DNA from: a virus
Lineage: Duplodnaviria; Caudoviricetes
Length of the DNA stretch: 57,687 nt
Virus record (IMG/VR): IMGVR_UViG_3300045952_000066
Location: 1 to 57,687 of that record
Reading direction: 5' to 3' (one strand)
Both the position numbers and the translations under genes were made by a program. Positions 8,017 to 16,457 of this stretch are shown here, piece after piece (position 1 is the stretch's first letter; each line of letters begins with the position of its first letter). The notes beneath the pieces are model-generated. The model was not told the origin of the DNA. It worked only from the letters and a program-made list of their open reading frames with translations, and searched no databases.

Positions 8017-8232
8017 CTACTTGAACGGCCAGTGCGGCTCGTACCGCTCCTCTTCCTTCGCGATGTTCAGGTAGTCGATGAGAAACGAGAGAAGGTGCCG
8101 CGCGTTGGAGCACTGAGCTTCGGCATGATTCCAGTTCCGTTCCTCGATAGCAGTCTGCGCCCCTTCAATCTGACCGGCGACTCTTCTCAGCCGCTCGATG
8201 AGCGCCTCGCGCATTTCGTTCGTCACTGCCAT
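8017..8232 (-). CDS. CsoR/RcnR-like helical protein
   Basis: LIERLRRVAGQIEGAQTAIEE resembles CsoR/RcnR helix 1. Confidence 0.55.
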   Translation of the reverse strand: MAVTNEMREALIERLRRVAGQIEGAQTAIEERNWNHAEAQCSNARHLLSFLIDYLNIAKEEERYEPHWPFK

Positions 8233-8522
8233 TCCCTCCGTTTCTCCCGCGTGACCCATTCGGCCAACTCAACCAGTTCGCGTAGACGCGGATCACGCCT
8301 GAGGATGCGGCGCCGCTCTTCTCGCGCCACCGGCTGCGGATGGAGCTTGGCGTCATAGCGACTCAACGCGCCGCAGTACAGGCAGACCACAAGGTTGCCC
8401 GGTTCCGGCTGGGGATGCTCATCGTTGCCCATGCCGGTCGCGCCGCTGGCGGGCCGCTTGCACTTCGGGCAAACCGCGCCTTCGATCTTCCGCTTAACTG
8501 AGGAGACGTGGATTTCCTTCAC
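8223..8522 (-). CDS. Zinc-ribbon protein
   Basis: CPKC..PEPGNLVVCLYCG. Confidence 0.7.
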   Translation of the reverse strand: MKEIHVSSVKRKIEGAVCPKCKRPASGATGMGNDEHPQPEPGNLVVCLYCGALSRYDAKLHPQPVAREERRRILRRDPRLRELVELAEWVTREKRREWQ

Positions 8523-9439
8523 ACCTTTACCTCGACCTCGCGCGGCGGCGCCTTGGTCCCGCGCGTCCCGCGCACCACTGACGGCGTCCAGACCAACTGG
8601 TGATACCGCCCGAATAGCCCGCGCCCCTCGCGATAGTCCTTGAAGTGCCCTCTGCAAATGTGAAGGGCCTTCTGCACGCCGACCTCGTTAGATCGTCCCT
8701 CCTGGCGCAGAATCTGCTTCAGCGGCTCGATGACCAGCGTCTTGTACGGCGTCGGCTCGATGCCGTGGCGGGCCTTGTACTTTTTCACCAGCGGCGCCGG
8801 GATGCGATTGTCGTTCAGCCTGACATTCTTGCAGTGGAGGAAGCTGACGGCGAGGAAGGCCGGATTGAACCACGCCATCAGCCTGACCATCTGCTCCTCA
8901 TGCCGCCCGCCCGTGAACGCTTGCATCCAGGGTCGATCTACCAGCCTGCCTTCGGCGTCCACTGCCATGAACACGGCGCCGTGCGATCCGTCTGCGGCGA
9001 TGCCGTGCCGCCGGTAGTCGATGAAGAGTTCGCACCAGTAGATCCACTTCACGTTGTCGGGCACGTCGGTGCCTTTGAACTCGCCCTGCTCCAGCGCGTG
9101 GAGGTACATGCCGCACCGACCGTTCGGGACCGGCTGAGTCGAGTCGCCCGCCTCTTTCGAGTGGATCAGCCGTGGCAGGCGATGCTCACACCAGAAGTGC
9201 TTGAACGGCGGCGCGAGGTTCGGGAAGTCCGTCGAGAGGTCCCAGTATTCCTGGTCGCTGGCGGTGTAGTAGTAGTCGCTGACGTTGTCGATCAGGAGCA
9301 CCGGCAGATCGGGAGAGCGGATCGCTTCCATCACCTTGCCGGTGTGTTCGCGCCACTGGCTGAACAGATGCGGCGCGATCCAGATGGGCGCGTTGATGCG
9401 GACGCCGGGTGTTCGGATGTCATCGATGAATCGGGACAT
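8519..9439 (-). CDS. Conserved phage protein with HICRGHF motif (paralog B)
   Basis: Homologous to 6605..7450. Confidence 0.8.
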   Translation of the reverse strand: MSRFIDDIRTPGVRINAPIWIAPHLFSQWREHTGKVMEAIRSPDLPVLLIDNVSDYYYTASDQEYWDLSTDFPNLAPPFKHFWCEHRLPRLIHSKEAGDSTQPVPNGRCGMYLHALEQGEFKGTDVPDNVKWIYWCELFIDYRRHGIAADGSHGAVFMAVDAEGRLVDRPWMQAFTGGRHEEQMVRLMAWFNPAFLAVSFLHCKNVRLNDNRIPAPLVKKYKARHGIEPTPYKTLVIEPLKQILRQEGRSNEVGVQKALHICRGHFKDYREGRGLFGRYHQLVWTPSVVRGTRGTKAPPREVEVKV

Positions 9440-9442
9440 GGT

Positions 9443-9685
9443 CTACTGTTCCTGCACCTCTTCACGCGCGGCTTCCATGAGCCACTGCTCCAGAATCTGC
9501 ACGACGGCCCACTTGCCTTTCGGAAACCACTCCCGACGATCTGCGCTCTCGCGGAGCAGGAAGTAGATCCAGCCCCACGCCAGCAAGGTATTGTCGTTGC
9601 CCAGGAAGCTCAACTCCTGGCCCCAGTTATCCTGCGCCCAGCGGTGCAGACCGGCCTGCGTCTCTTGTGAGAACCTCTCGATCAT
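9443..9685 (-). CDS. Hypothetical protein
   Basis: MIERFSQETQ... Confidence 0.6.
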   Translation of the reverse strand: MIERFSQETQAGLHRWAQDNWGQELSFLGNDNTLLAWGWIYFLLRESADRREWFPKGKWAVVQILEQWLMEAAREEVQEQ

Positions 9686-9693
9686 AACGACTC

Positions 9694-9918
9694 TCAGTTG
9701 GCCGCGATCTGGCACAGAGCGCACCGGACGTGGCCCCCCATCAAGGCCAGCGGACTGCCCTGACCGGACACCAAGACGACGTGGCCGCAGTTGAGGAAGA
9801 CTACCGCGCCGACCGGCAGAGGGCATACGACCAGGATCTTGCGATGGTAGGGATCGAACGGCGGCTGGAAGCGAACCTCCATCCTGCCGTACCGGGCATC
9901 AAGCTCGTCATCGTCCAT
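9694..9918 (-). CDS. Zinc-finger hypothetical protein (start could be 10074)
   Basis: LNCGH..CALC. Confidence 0.6.
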   Translation of the reverse strand: MDDDELDARYGRMEVRFQPPFDPYHRKILVVCPLPVGAVVFLNCGHVVLVSGQGSPLALMGGHVRCALCQIAAN

Positions 9919-10070
9919 CGACGGCCTTCTCTTCCTTCGGGCGGCGAGTCCGGAGAGCGAAGCGTCGTGCCCCACTTCGCCCCATAATCTCTCCGGACTC
10001 GCCACAAAACGGCGGGAACCGGCGTCACCTCCCCCGAAGTTAAACCGCCGGTTCCCGCCGGGTTCAATGC

Positions 10071-10409
10071 TCACGCCGCGCCTTTAGCTTTCGGCATGAC
10101 GTGAACGGAGCCTTTCTTCGCCGGGATCTTCAGGTTGTACGCAGTGGGATCGAAGTACGCAGTCAGCGGGAGCGTTGGGTCTTTCCTGAAGATGTCCACG
10201 TTGTGAAACTCGTTCCAGGCGTCCATCCCGGCCTGCGTGACCTTGAAGCCATGGCCGGGATAATACGCGATGTACTTGTTGTAGAGCATGGACCGGAAGG
10301 GCCGCTGATCGAAGGTCTGGGCCTCATCGAGGCGCATGTACTGACGGCTGGACATCTGCATGAAGTGCTCCAGCATGGCGCGTTTGCGCCAGGAAAACAG
10401 GACACTCAT
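10071..10409 (-). CDS. Putative winged-helix protein
   Basis: FKVTQAGMDAW wing-like motif; ATGA overlap. Confidence 0.6.
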   Translation of the reverse strand: MSVLFSWRKRAMLEHFMQMSSRQYMRLDEAQTFDQRPFRSMLYNKYIAYYPGHGFKVTQAGMDAWNEFHNVDIFRKDPTLPLTAYFDPTAYNLKIPAKKGSVHVMPKAKGAA

Positions 10410-10636
10410 GATTGCGCCTTTCCGAATTTCTCCTCGCGCTTCGCGCTGGCGAGGACACTCTTGCTGACATCGGTGTCGATCAGGGATTGCCCGCCGCCAC
10501 GGATCGTGCCGTCCGGTTCCCGCTTGCCGCACTGCACGACGATGGCGTCACCCGCGTTGATGCCGGTCTTCCTCTTTAGCGCCAGCCTCACGATGTAGAG
10601 GATGATGATCCGCTCCAGCGCCTGAAGGCTGCTCAT
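10406..10636 (-). CDS. Hypothetical protein
   Basis: ATGA overlaps. Confidence 0.65.
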   Translation of the reverse strand: MSSLQALERIIILYIVRLALKRKTGINAGDAIVVQCGKREPDGTIRGGGQSLIDTDVSKSVLASAKREEKFGKAQS

Positions 10637-10842
10637 ACGATGTTCACCTCCAGCGCGGGCGGCGCGACCGGATCGAATCTCGCGTGAGCATCGACATGCG
10701 GATTGAAGTGCTTGCTGACGATCTTGACGCCGTTCTCTGTCGGGTAGATCGCCCCGATCAGGCCGCGCGTCGGATGGTAGATCTCGATGATCAAACCGCG
10801 ATCCTGATCAGTGGCGTGCATGGTCGGCCAGAGGTGCGTCAT
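10633..10842 (-). CDS. Hypothetical protein
   Basis: MTHLWPTMH...; ATGA overlap. Confidence 0.65.
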   Translation of the reverse strand: MTHLWPTMHATDQDRGLIIEIYHPTRGLIGAIYPTENGVKIVSKHFNPHVDAHARFDPVAPPALEVNIV

Positions 10843-11327
10843 GCCGCCGCCGCTTTCTGCGCTCTCGCGGCTTGCACCTTCGCTAGCCATGCGGCGTGGC
10901 CGGGATGGTTCTGGTTCGCCGGATGGTTCGGCTGTTTCGGCTTCGCCATCTTCACGGTCGGCTTCTCCGCTTTCCACTCCGCGCGTGTGATGGTCGCCTT
11001 GGCCTTCTGATCCTTCTTGCGCTGGCCCTTCAGGAATCGCCGCCGCATCTCTGCCTTCCGTTGTTGCGGCGTGAGCTTCGACCAGTATTTCTGGCTGTTC
11101 TGGCCGTTCGCTACGCTTCGTCTGCTTTGCTCTGGCGCGTGCCCGTTCTGCAAGCCCGCCAGCCGCGCCTTGAACGCATCGATCTGCGCCTGCAAGATCT
11201 CGACGGCGTGAACCATTCCCGGCAGCATCGCCGCTATGCCCATCTGGGCGTATGTAGCAATATCGTTGTCAGGTTGTCGTCTCTTCAACAGAACCTCCTC
11301 GTCGGTCAGGCCCCGTACTTCGCCCAT
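10839..11327 (-). CDS. Basic coiled-coil protein
   Basis: Coiled coil followed by WSKLTPQQRKAEMRRR. Confidence 0.7.
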   Translation of the reverse strand: MGEVRGLTDEEVLLKRRQPDNDIATYAQMGIAAMLPGMVHAVEILQAQIDAFKARLAGLQNGHAPEQSRRSVANGQNSQKYWSKLTPQQRKAEMRRRFLKGQRKKDQKAKATITRAEWKAEKPTVKMAKPKQPNHPANQNHPGHAAWLAKVQAARAQKAAAA

Positions 11328-11416
11328 TCCAACATGATCCGCGCACGATTGTATACCGTGGACGTATCGAATGCCACGGCATATGTGACTCGCGTGGTTT
11401 CGCTATGACCGTTCGA

Positions 11417-11788
11417 TCACTTGACGCGGCACTTGCACGGCCTCGCGAAGTCGGCCTCATACTCGCGCAAGCCGCCGATGCTGACGGGCCGGGTGACCGA
11501 CACCCAGCCGCTTCCATTGCAGACCTGGCAGTCCGGATTCCCGGCGATGACCTTTGGCCTCTGCATACCGTTCGCGCGGCGCAACAGTTCGGCGGGAGTC
11601 GGACATCGCTCGTCGGTGTCGACCACGTCACTGATCAGACGCATGATGAACTTGCCGTCCGTCTCAGAGATTCGCCGCAGAGCGCGGCGCAATTCCTTCT
11701 GGGCTTCCGGAATCATCGGGTATCGCGGAAGCCCGCTCATGCGCTCGATCTGCTGATCGTAGAATTCGTCAGCCAGCAACTTTTTCAC
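11417..11788 (-). CDS. Putative helicase-loader-like replication protein with zinc finger
   Basis: CPTPAEL, CQVCNGSGW..RPCKC; directly downstream of the initiator. Confidence 0.55.
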   Translation of the reverse strand: MKKLLADEFYDQQIERMSGLPRYPMIPEAQKELRRALRRISETDGKFIMRLISDVVDTDERCPTPAELLRRANGMQRPKVIAGNPDCQVCNGSGWVSVTRPVSIGGLREYEADFARPCKCRVK

Positions 11789-12698
11789 GCCATACCTCCG
11801 GATCTTGTCCGTACTCGCGGAGCGCATCCCACTGCTCGTTCTCCGCGAGAGTTCGGTAATACCGCTGGTCTGATTCGGCCATCTCCTGGTTGCGCCGCTT
11901 CATGTAGCCTTCCCGCTGGATGCCCTTCCGTTGAGGCGCCGGATACTTCCATTCGCCGCTGGCGAACCAACGCCACAACTGGGGGATAAACCTCTCGACA
12001 GGCAACATGGCCCAATGCGCTCTCCAGGTCGCGTGGTGACGCCGGATGGTCGCGATGGTCACCTCGAGGTCAGCGGACGCAGCCAGGAGCCGCTGGGCCT
12101 CTTCTACGGCCCTCCCAGGATTCCCCGGCTCCGGATGGTTGGGAATCAATTCCTCGACCAGTTCGCGGGCTTCCTGCGGTCGCCTCTGAGGAGCGGCGTG
12201 TTCTTCCCCTCCCCTCCCCTCCTCGCACGGCGCCGCCGCCGCCGACCTCTCCTCCGGTTCCACTACAGTACGGAGTTTGGCGTCGGCGTCGGTGTTCTTC
12301 TTCTTTTTCTGGTTCTCTAAAAACATCTGGTTCATATAAGGAAGCGGAGCTTCATACGCGGCATTTTTGCCGCTTGGGCACGCGGCATTTTTGCTCCGTG
12401 GGGAAGCGGCATTCTTGCGCTCGATGTCGTCGTGAAGGTCGTATCGCCAGCCGTGCAGGCCCCGGTGGCCGGTGACCCAGCCCGCCAGCCGAAGCTCCCG
12501 CATCCGGCGCGTGATGGTTGCCTCATCCACTCCCAGCACCTTGGCGAGGGTGCGGCGGCGAGGATTGCACTGGCCGGTGGCCCGGTTCTTGTATGTCTTA
12601 AGACATTGGAAGAGACGGTAAGCGCCGTTTGAGACATCCTTCGCGCGAACGTAACTTGCCGGTGACAAAACAAACGGTATGATTCCTGTAGTACTCAC
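11769..12698 (-). CDS. Phage replication initiator (N-terminal HTH)
   Basis: CNPRRRTLAKVLGVDEATITRRMRELRLAGWV; internal iterons. Confidence 0.75.
   Translation of the reverse strand: MSTTGIIPFVLSPASYVRAKDVSNGAYRLFQCLKTYKNRATGQCNPRRRTLAKVLGVDEATITRRMRELRLAGWVTGHRGLHGWRYDLHDDIERKNAASPRSKNAACPSGKNAAYEAPLPYMNQMFLENQKKKKNTDADAKLRTVVEPEERSAAAAPCEEGRGGEEHAAPQRRPQEARELVEELIPNHPEPGNPGRAVEEAQRLLAASADLEVTIATIRRHHATWRAHWAMLPVERFIPQLWRWFASGEWKYPAPQRKGIQREGYMKRRNQEMAESDQRYYRTLAENEQWDALREYGQDPEVWREKVAG
12356..12418. repeat. Three iterons with 24-bp period (putative origin)
   Basis: ACGCGGCATTTTTGC twice and AAGCGGCATTCTTGC. Confidence 0.75.
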
Positions 12699-12796
12699 AA
12701 GTCTTCTCCTCAAAAACCTCGAAAAGCTTTGGCGGGAAGATTTGAAACAGAACGGCGTGCGGCGCGACTCCATCGGAGGGATCGCGCCGTTTGCTT

Positions 12797-13201
12797 TTAG
12801 GGCGCCCGTGGCATCGCGGCCAGGAGTCGCGCCCACTCGACCTTGGCGCTTTCCTGGTGGCCGTCGAGCCACCTGACGAGAGACTCCACGCTATCGACCG
12901 TGCAGATCGCGAGTCGGTAGCCCAGGAAGATCTCCCGGTGCTTTGCTGCCTGCTCTATTGAGGCGCCCTCGCCAGGACGCTTCACCTCAAGCAGGAAGCC
13001 TGGATAGACGCAGTGGATCGCGCCGTAGTCGGGAGTGCCCTTCTCGACGCCTTTGATCCACCGCTTGCCATCGATGGTCTTGAAGGTCCCGGCGTGCAGC
13101 CGCGCAGGCCAGTAGGACCGGAGCCGCAACAGATCGAGGCACGCCTTCTCGATGTCGTTCTCGACCACTTTCACGCGCGGCGGTGTGAGCCGGAAGGTCA
13201 C
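12797..13201 (-). CDS. VRR-NUC domain nuclease
   Basis: GTPD..LLEVKRPG..SIEQ. Confidence 0.85.
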   Translation of the reverse strand: MTFRLTPPRVKVVENDIEKACLDLLRLRSYWPARLHAGTFKTIDGKRWIKGVEKGTPDYGAIHCVYPGFLLEVKRPGEGASIEQAAKHREIFLGYRLAICTVDSVESLVRWLDGHQESAKVEWARLLAAMPRAP

Positions 13202-14166
13202 TGGAGAACCTCCAGCAACGGGAAGGTCGGCGCGGGCTTCAGGTAGATGGGCTGATACTTCGCGCCGGTCCAGTCCTTCCATGCGATCCGCTTGTCGTAG
13301 GCGCCCAGGACCCAGCGTTGGAAGCCGACCAACTCAGCCGTCCGCACGTAGGGCATCGGGTACGGCCTCGCGCCGAACTCGCGCAGGCGCCGCCGCCGGT
13401 AGTCGCGGTCCTCGTGCGTCTCACCGGGCCAGTAGCCGATGAGCATGTAGACCAGGAGATGGTTCGGTCGCACGCCATGCCGCGTCAGAGCCTCAAGACC
13501 GGCGAACAATCGAGCCTCGTCCTTGCGGTTGTCCCATGCGGTGTACAGGCGCGGGCGGTCGAAGTGCGAGTCGTAGTAGCGGACGGAAGCCGCCGCCGCC
13601 GCCGTCTCGTCGTTCAAGAATCGCGCGTTGATTCCCTGCGTGAAGTTGACGCGGAACGTGCCGGCGATGAGTTCATCGATGCGGTCGCGCCATCGCGGCT
13701 GGCCGAAGAAGTCGTTGTCGAGGAGCGTGATGTCGCGCGGGTGCGGCTCTCCGCGCCAGATGTCGAAGATCGACCGCTCCTCGCGCACGGCGCCTTCCTT
13801 CGACGGCACGACGCAGAACGGACACCGGAGCCGACACCCGCGTTGCGAGAAGCCGATGGAGGGCCGGTAGTCGGGATAGATGGAGTAGTCCTGCTCCCGC
13901 GTCGTGATGCCGACTTCCTCCAGCGTGATGTTGGAGGTCCCGGTCCCGCCGATGACCGCGCCGGGATACTCGCGGAGCACCCGGTCTACCGCCGGTCGCG
14001 TCTTCTGAAAGATCGCGGACGCATACACGCGATCCCACTCCTGGTCCCACAACTCGCGTTCGCCGCCCCGGCGCAGCACGACCTCGTCGCCGCGATGGTG
14101 CGCCGCGATTCGCATCAGTGCCACGTTGGGGAGCTTCCCGTCGAGTTGGAGCAGGAGCACGCGCAT
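13198..14166 (-). CDS. Radical SAM protein
   Basis: SQRGCRLRCPFCVVP (CxxxCxxC), LLDNDF, FTQGIN. Confidence 0.85.
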   Translation of the reverse strand: MRVLLLQLDGKLPNVALMRIAAHHRGDEVVLRRGGERELWDQEWDRVYASAIFQKTRPAVDRVLREYPGAVIGGTGTSNITLEEVGITTREQDYSIYPDYRPSIGFSQRGCRLRCPFCVVPSKEGAVREERSIFDIWRGEPHPRDITLLDNDFFGQPRWRDRIDELIAGTFRVNFTQGINARFLNDETAAAAASVRYYDSHFDRPRLYTAWDNRKDEARLFAGLEALTRHGVRPNHLLVYMLIGYWPGETHEDRDYRRRRLREFGARPYPMPYVRTAELVGFQRWVLGAYDKRIAWKDWTGAKYQPIYLKPAPTFPLLEVLQ

Positions 14167-14366
14167 CAGAGGCCGTTCCTCTCCTCCGCTGCATCGCGGA
14201 TCTCGATGCCCTGCCGGTCGCAGAACTGGGCGAGCTCCGCCCACTCCTCGCCGTTGAAGTCGAAGACGCCGACCACATGCCATCGGTCGCCGCGCTTCAG
14301 CTTCAGACGGCCATGCACCGACTGGTCCTCGCGGTAGCGGACAACGAATCTGGCCTCGACGCTCAT
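14166..14366 (-). CDS. Hypothetical protein
   Basis: Coupled ORF. Confidence 0.65.
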   Translation of the reverse strand: MSVEARFVVRYREDQSVHGRLKLKRGDRWHVVGVFDFNGEEWAELAQFCDRQGIEIRDAAEERNGL

Positions 14367-14488
14367 GGGCGTCTCCTGAAGAGCCGGAAGCGCACGAACC
14401 GGATGACGGCGACTGAGATGGCCGCGCCGATGAACACCCAGATCGCAACGTCGAGCACGATGGCGATGCTGGCGAGGTCTTCACGCAT
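14363..14488 (-). CDS. Small single-TM protein with basic tail
   Basis: MREDLASIAIVLDVAIWVFIGAAISVAVIRFVRFRLFRRRP. Confidence 0.65.
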   Translation of the reverse strand: MREDLASIAIVLDVAIWVFIGAAISVAVIRFVRFRLFRRRP

Positions 14489-15795
14489 CACGACGCCTTG
14501 CCGATCATCCGCAGGATCTGCGCGATGAGAAGGACGAGATCGAAGTCCACGACCGGGCGAGTGAGTTGTTGTGTCGCGCCGCCCTGCACGTTGATGCCGC
14601 TATTGCCCTGCCCCATCTCGACGGAGCCAGCGTTCTCGAATGTGAGGTTGCTGTTGTTCAGTTCCAACGACCACTGGTTGTTGCCGCTGATGGTCATGTT
14701 CCTGAACTGGGAGTTGGTCACGTACTGCAAGGCGCCCAGCCGCTTGCAGTTCTCAAACTTGCAGTCGTGGATGTTCAGGTTGGCGTTGCCCTGCCCGCTG
14801 ACGATGTAGAAGCCCCCGAACGAAGTCCCGTCCGCGCCGCAGTTCTTCGATACGTGGCCTCTGACTTCGATGATTGGATCGACGTTACTGCCCTCGATCA
14901 TGAATCCGGCATTGCCGGTGTCGGCGGCGAGATTGTTCTCAAACAGAGCGGCGTCGGCAGGGCCTCGCGGAATGAACTTGTAAGCCGACCCATGCTGGCG
15001 AACCTCGTAGACTTCGTTGTCGTGAAAGTGAGGCCCGTTGGCTTCGGCAATGATGCCGCTATGGCCCGTCCGCTCGACCCTGTTGTGGTGGATATGCGGC
15101 TTGGAGTCGCGGCGCGAATCGCTGACGCCCAGCCAGATGCCCCTGACTTCCGGCCCGGTGTCATGCACATGGCAGTAGCCGATCTCCGTCTCGATGCACT
15201 GTTCGCCGTAGATTCCGGCCCACGGCGCCCCGGCGGGATTCTGCGCGACGTTCCACGCCTCGCAGTGCAGCACCCGGCCACGGGTGGACTTGCAGAGGAA
15301 CACGCCGCCAGCCTGCTTGCCGTTGCAATTGAACTTCAGCGCGTCGAACGACGAGTCGTTGAAGCCCTCCGCGTAGACCATCGCGGCGAACGGGCCGGTG
15401 TACGCTCCGTTGCCGATGGCCTTGAAGCCGCCGCCGTTGGTGCTGGTGATCTTGACGTTGGTCTTGCCCATCACCCGCAGGCCCTGCGTATTGATTGCCG
15501 CCGTTCCGCGAATGTCGTAGATGGCGTTCGACGGTTGCTGGTTGATCCAGTTCTGGAGCGAAGAGGTGTCGTCGTTCCCGCTGGCTTGATACGTCTTCAC
15601 CGGACGGTCATCCGGCGGCTGGGGATCGGGAGGATCGGGAGGATCGGGAGGATTCTGGTCGAAGGTGATCTCCACGGTCTTGAGGCATTTCTGGCAGTAG
15701 ACCCACGGTGGATTGTCCACGACCGGAATGAATGCGTGCGGCGTATTGTCCACCGGGCACTTTTCAGTGATCGATTCCAGCACTGCTTGCGGCAT
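14488..15795 (-). CDS. Right-handed parallel beta-helix (pectate-lyase-like) protein
   Basis: GNDDTSSLQNWIN cap; Asn/Cys-ladder repeats; PPD linker. Confidence 0.8.
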   Translation of the reverse strand: MPQAVLESITEKCPVDNTPHAFIPVVDNPPWVYCQKCLKTVEITFDQNPPDPPDPPDPQPPDDRPVKTYQASGNDDTSSLQNWINQQPSNAIYDIRGTAAINTQGLRVMGKTNVKITSTNGGGFKAIGNGAYTGPFAAMVYAEGFNDSSFDALKFNCNGKQAGGVFLCKSTRGRVLHCEAWNVAQNPAGAPWAGIYGEQCIETEIGYCHVHDTGPEVRGIWLGVSDSRRDSKPHIHHNRVERTGHSGIIAEANGPHFHDNEVYEVRQHGSAYKFIPRGPADAALFENNLAADTGNAGFMIEGSNVDPIIEVRGHVSKNCGADGTSFGGFYIVSGQGNANLNIHDCKFENCKRLGALQYVTNSQFRNMTISGNNQWSLELNNSNLTFENAGSVEMGQGNSGINVQGGATQQLTRPVVDFDLVLLIAQILRMIGKAS

Positions 15796-16123
15796 GTACC
15801 TTTCCCTCCTCGATGAGTTCTTCGATGGCCTGACGACAATGCGGGCAGACGACGGTCAGCGATTCGAGATGTAGATCGATCCGCCCGCGCCGGTCGTTGA
15901 CATGCACGTCGCGCCCGCAGAAGGTCTTCTCGACCGTGAACGCCTTGACGTGCCGCACGCCGCTCTGCGCGACAGTGATCAGTTCGCCGTCGCCCGCGAC
16001 GACCTTGCGGAGAGCTTCGGCCTGGATGCGCCGCACCTCCGCGTCGGACCTCTTGGTCAGGCAGGCCATGCAGGCCAGCAGAGGCTCCGGAATCGGGTGA
16101 TTGCAGGACCGGCAGACTCTCAT
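15764..16123 (-). CDS. Cys-rich hypothetical protein
   Basis: CRSC..CMAC..TFCG..CPHC. Confidence 0.7.
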   Translation of the reverse strand: MRVCRSCNHPIPEPLLACMACLTKRSDAEVRRIQAEALRKVVAGDGELITVAQSGVRHVKAFTVEKTFCGRDVHVNDRRGRIDLHLESLTVVCPHCRQAIEELIEEGKVHAASSAGIDH

Positions 16124-16299
16124 TCGATGGGCCTCTCTCCGCTCTCGTAGGCAGAGCGCGACCGATACCATCCGCGATTCGAGGGAGCGTCCGCGTAGTA
16201 GGCGCCGCACTGGCAGGACGCCGCGAGTGACATGATGCCGATTGAGACGGAGCGTTCGCAGCACGGACAGACGACGACGACCCAGAAGAGATTGCTCAT
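16120..16299 (-). CDS. Small zinc-ribbon protein
   Basis: CPCC..CQCG; ATGA overlaps. Confidence 0.6.
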   Translation of the reverse strand: MSNLFWVVVVCPCCERSVSIGIMSLAASCQCGAYYADAPSNRGWYRSRSAYESGERPIE

Positions 16300-16457
16300 G
16301 GCTCCCTCCAGACCCAGCCCAGGAGCAGCCAATACCAGAACCGGCGCCAGAGGTTCGGCATCGGGCGGGCGCAGTGAACGGTGAGGCACGACGATGCGTG
16401 CAGGACGGAGCGCACGGGCGGCTCCGTGATGATCAGCATGTGGAAGTGCTGGTTCAT
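16296..16457 (-). CDS. Small hypothetical protein
   Basis: MNQHFHML..PNLWRRFWYWLLLGWVW; ATGA overlaps. Confidence 0.55.
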   Translation of the reverse strand: MNQHFHMLIITEPPVRSVLHASSCLTVHCARPMPNLWRRFWYWLLLGWVWREP

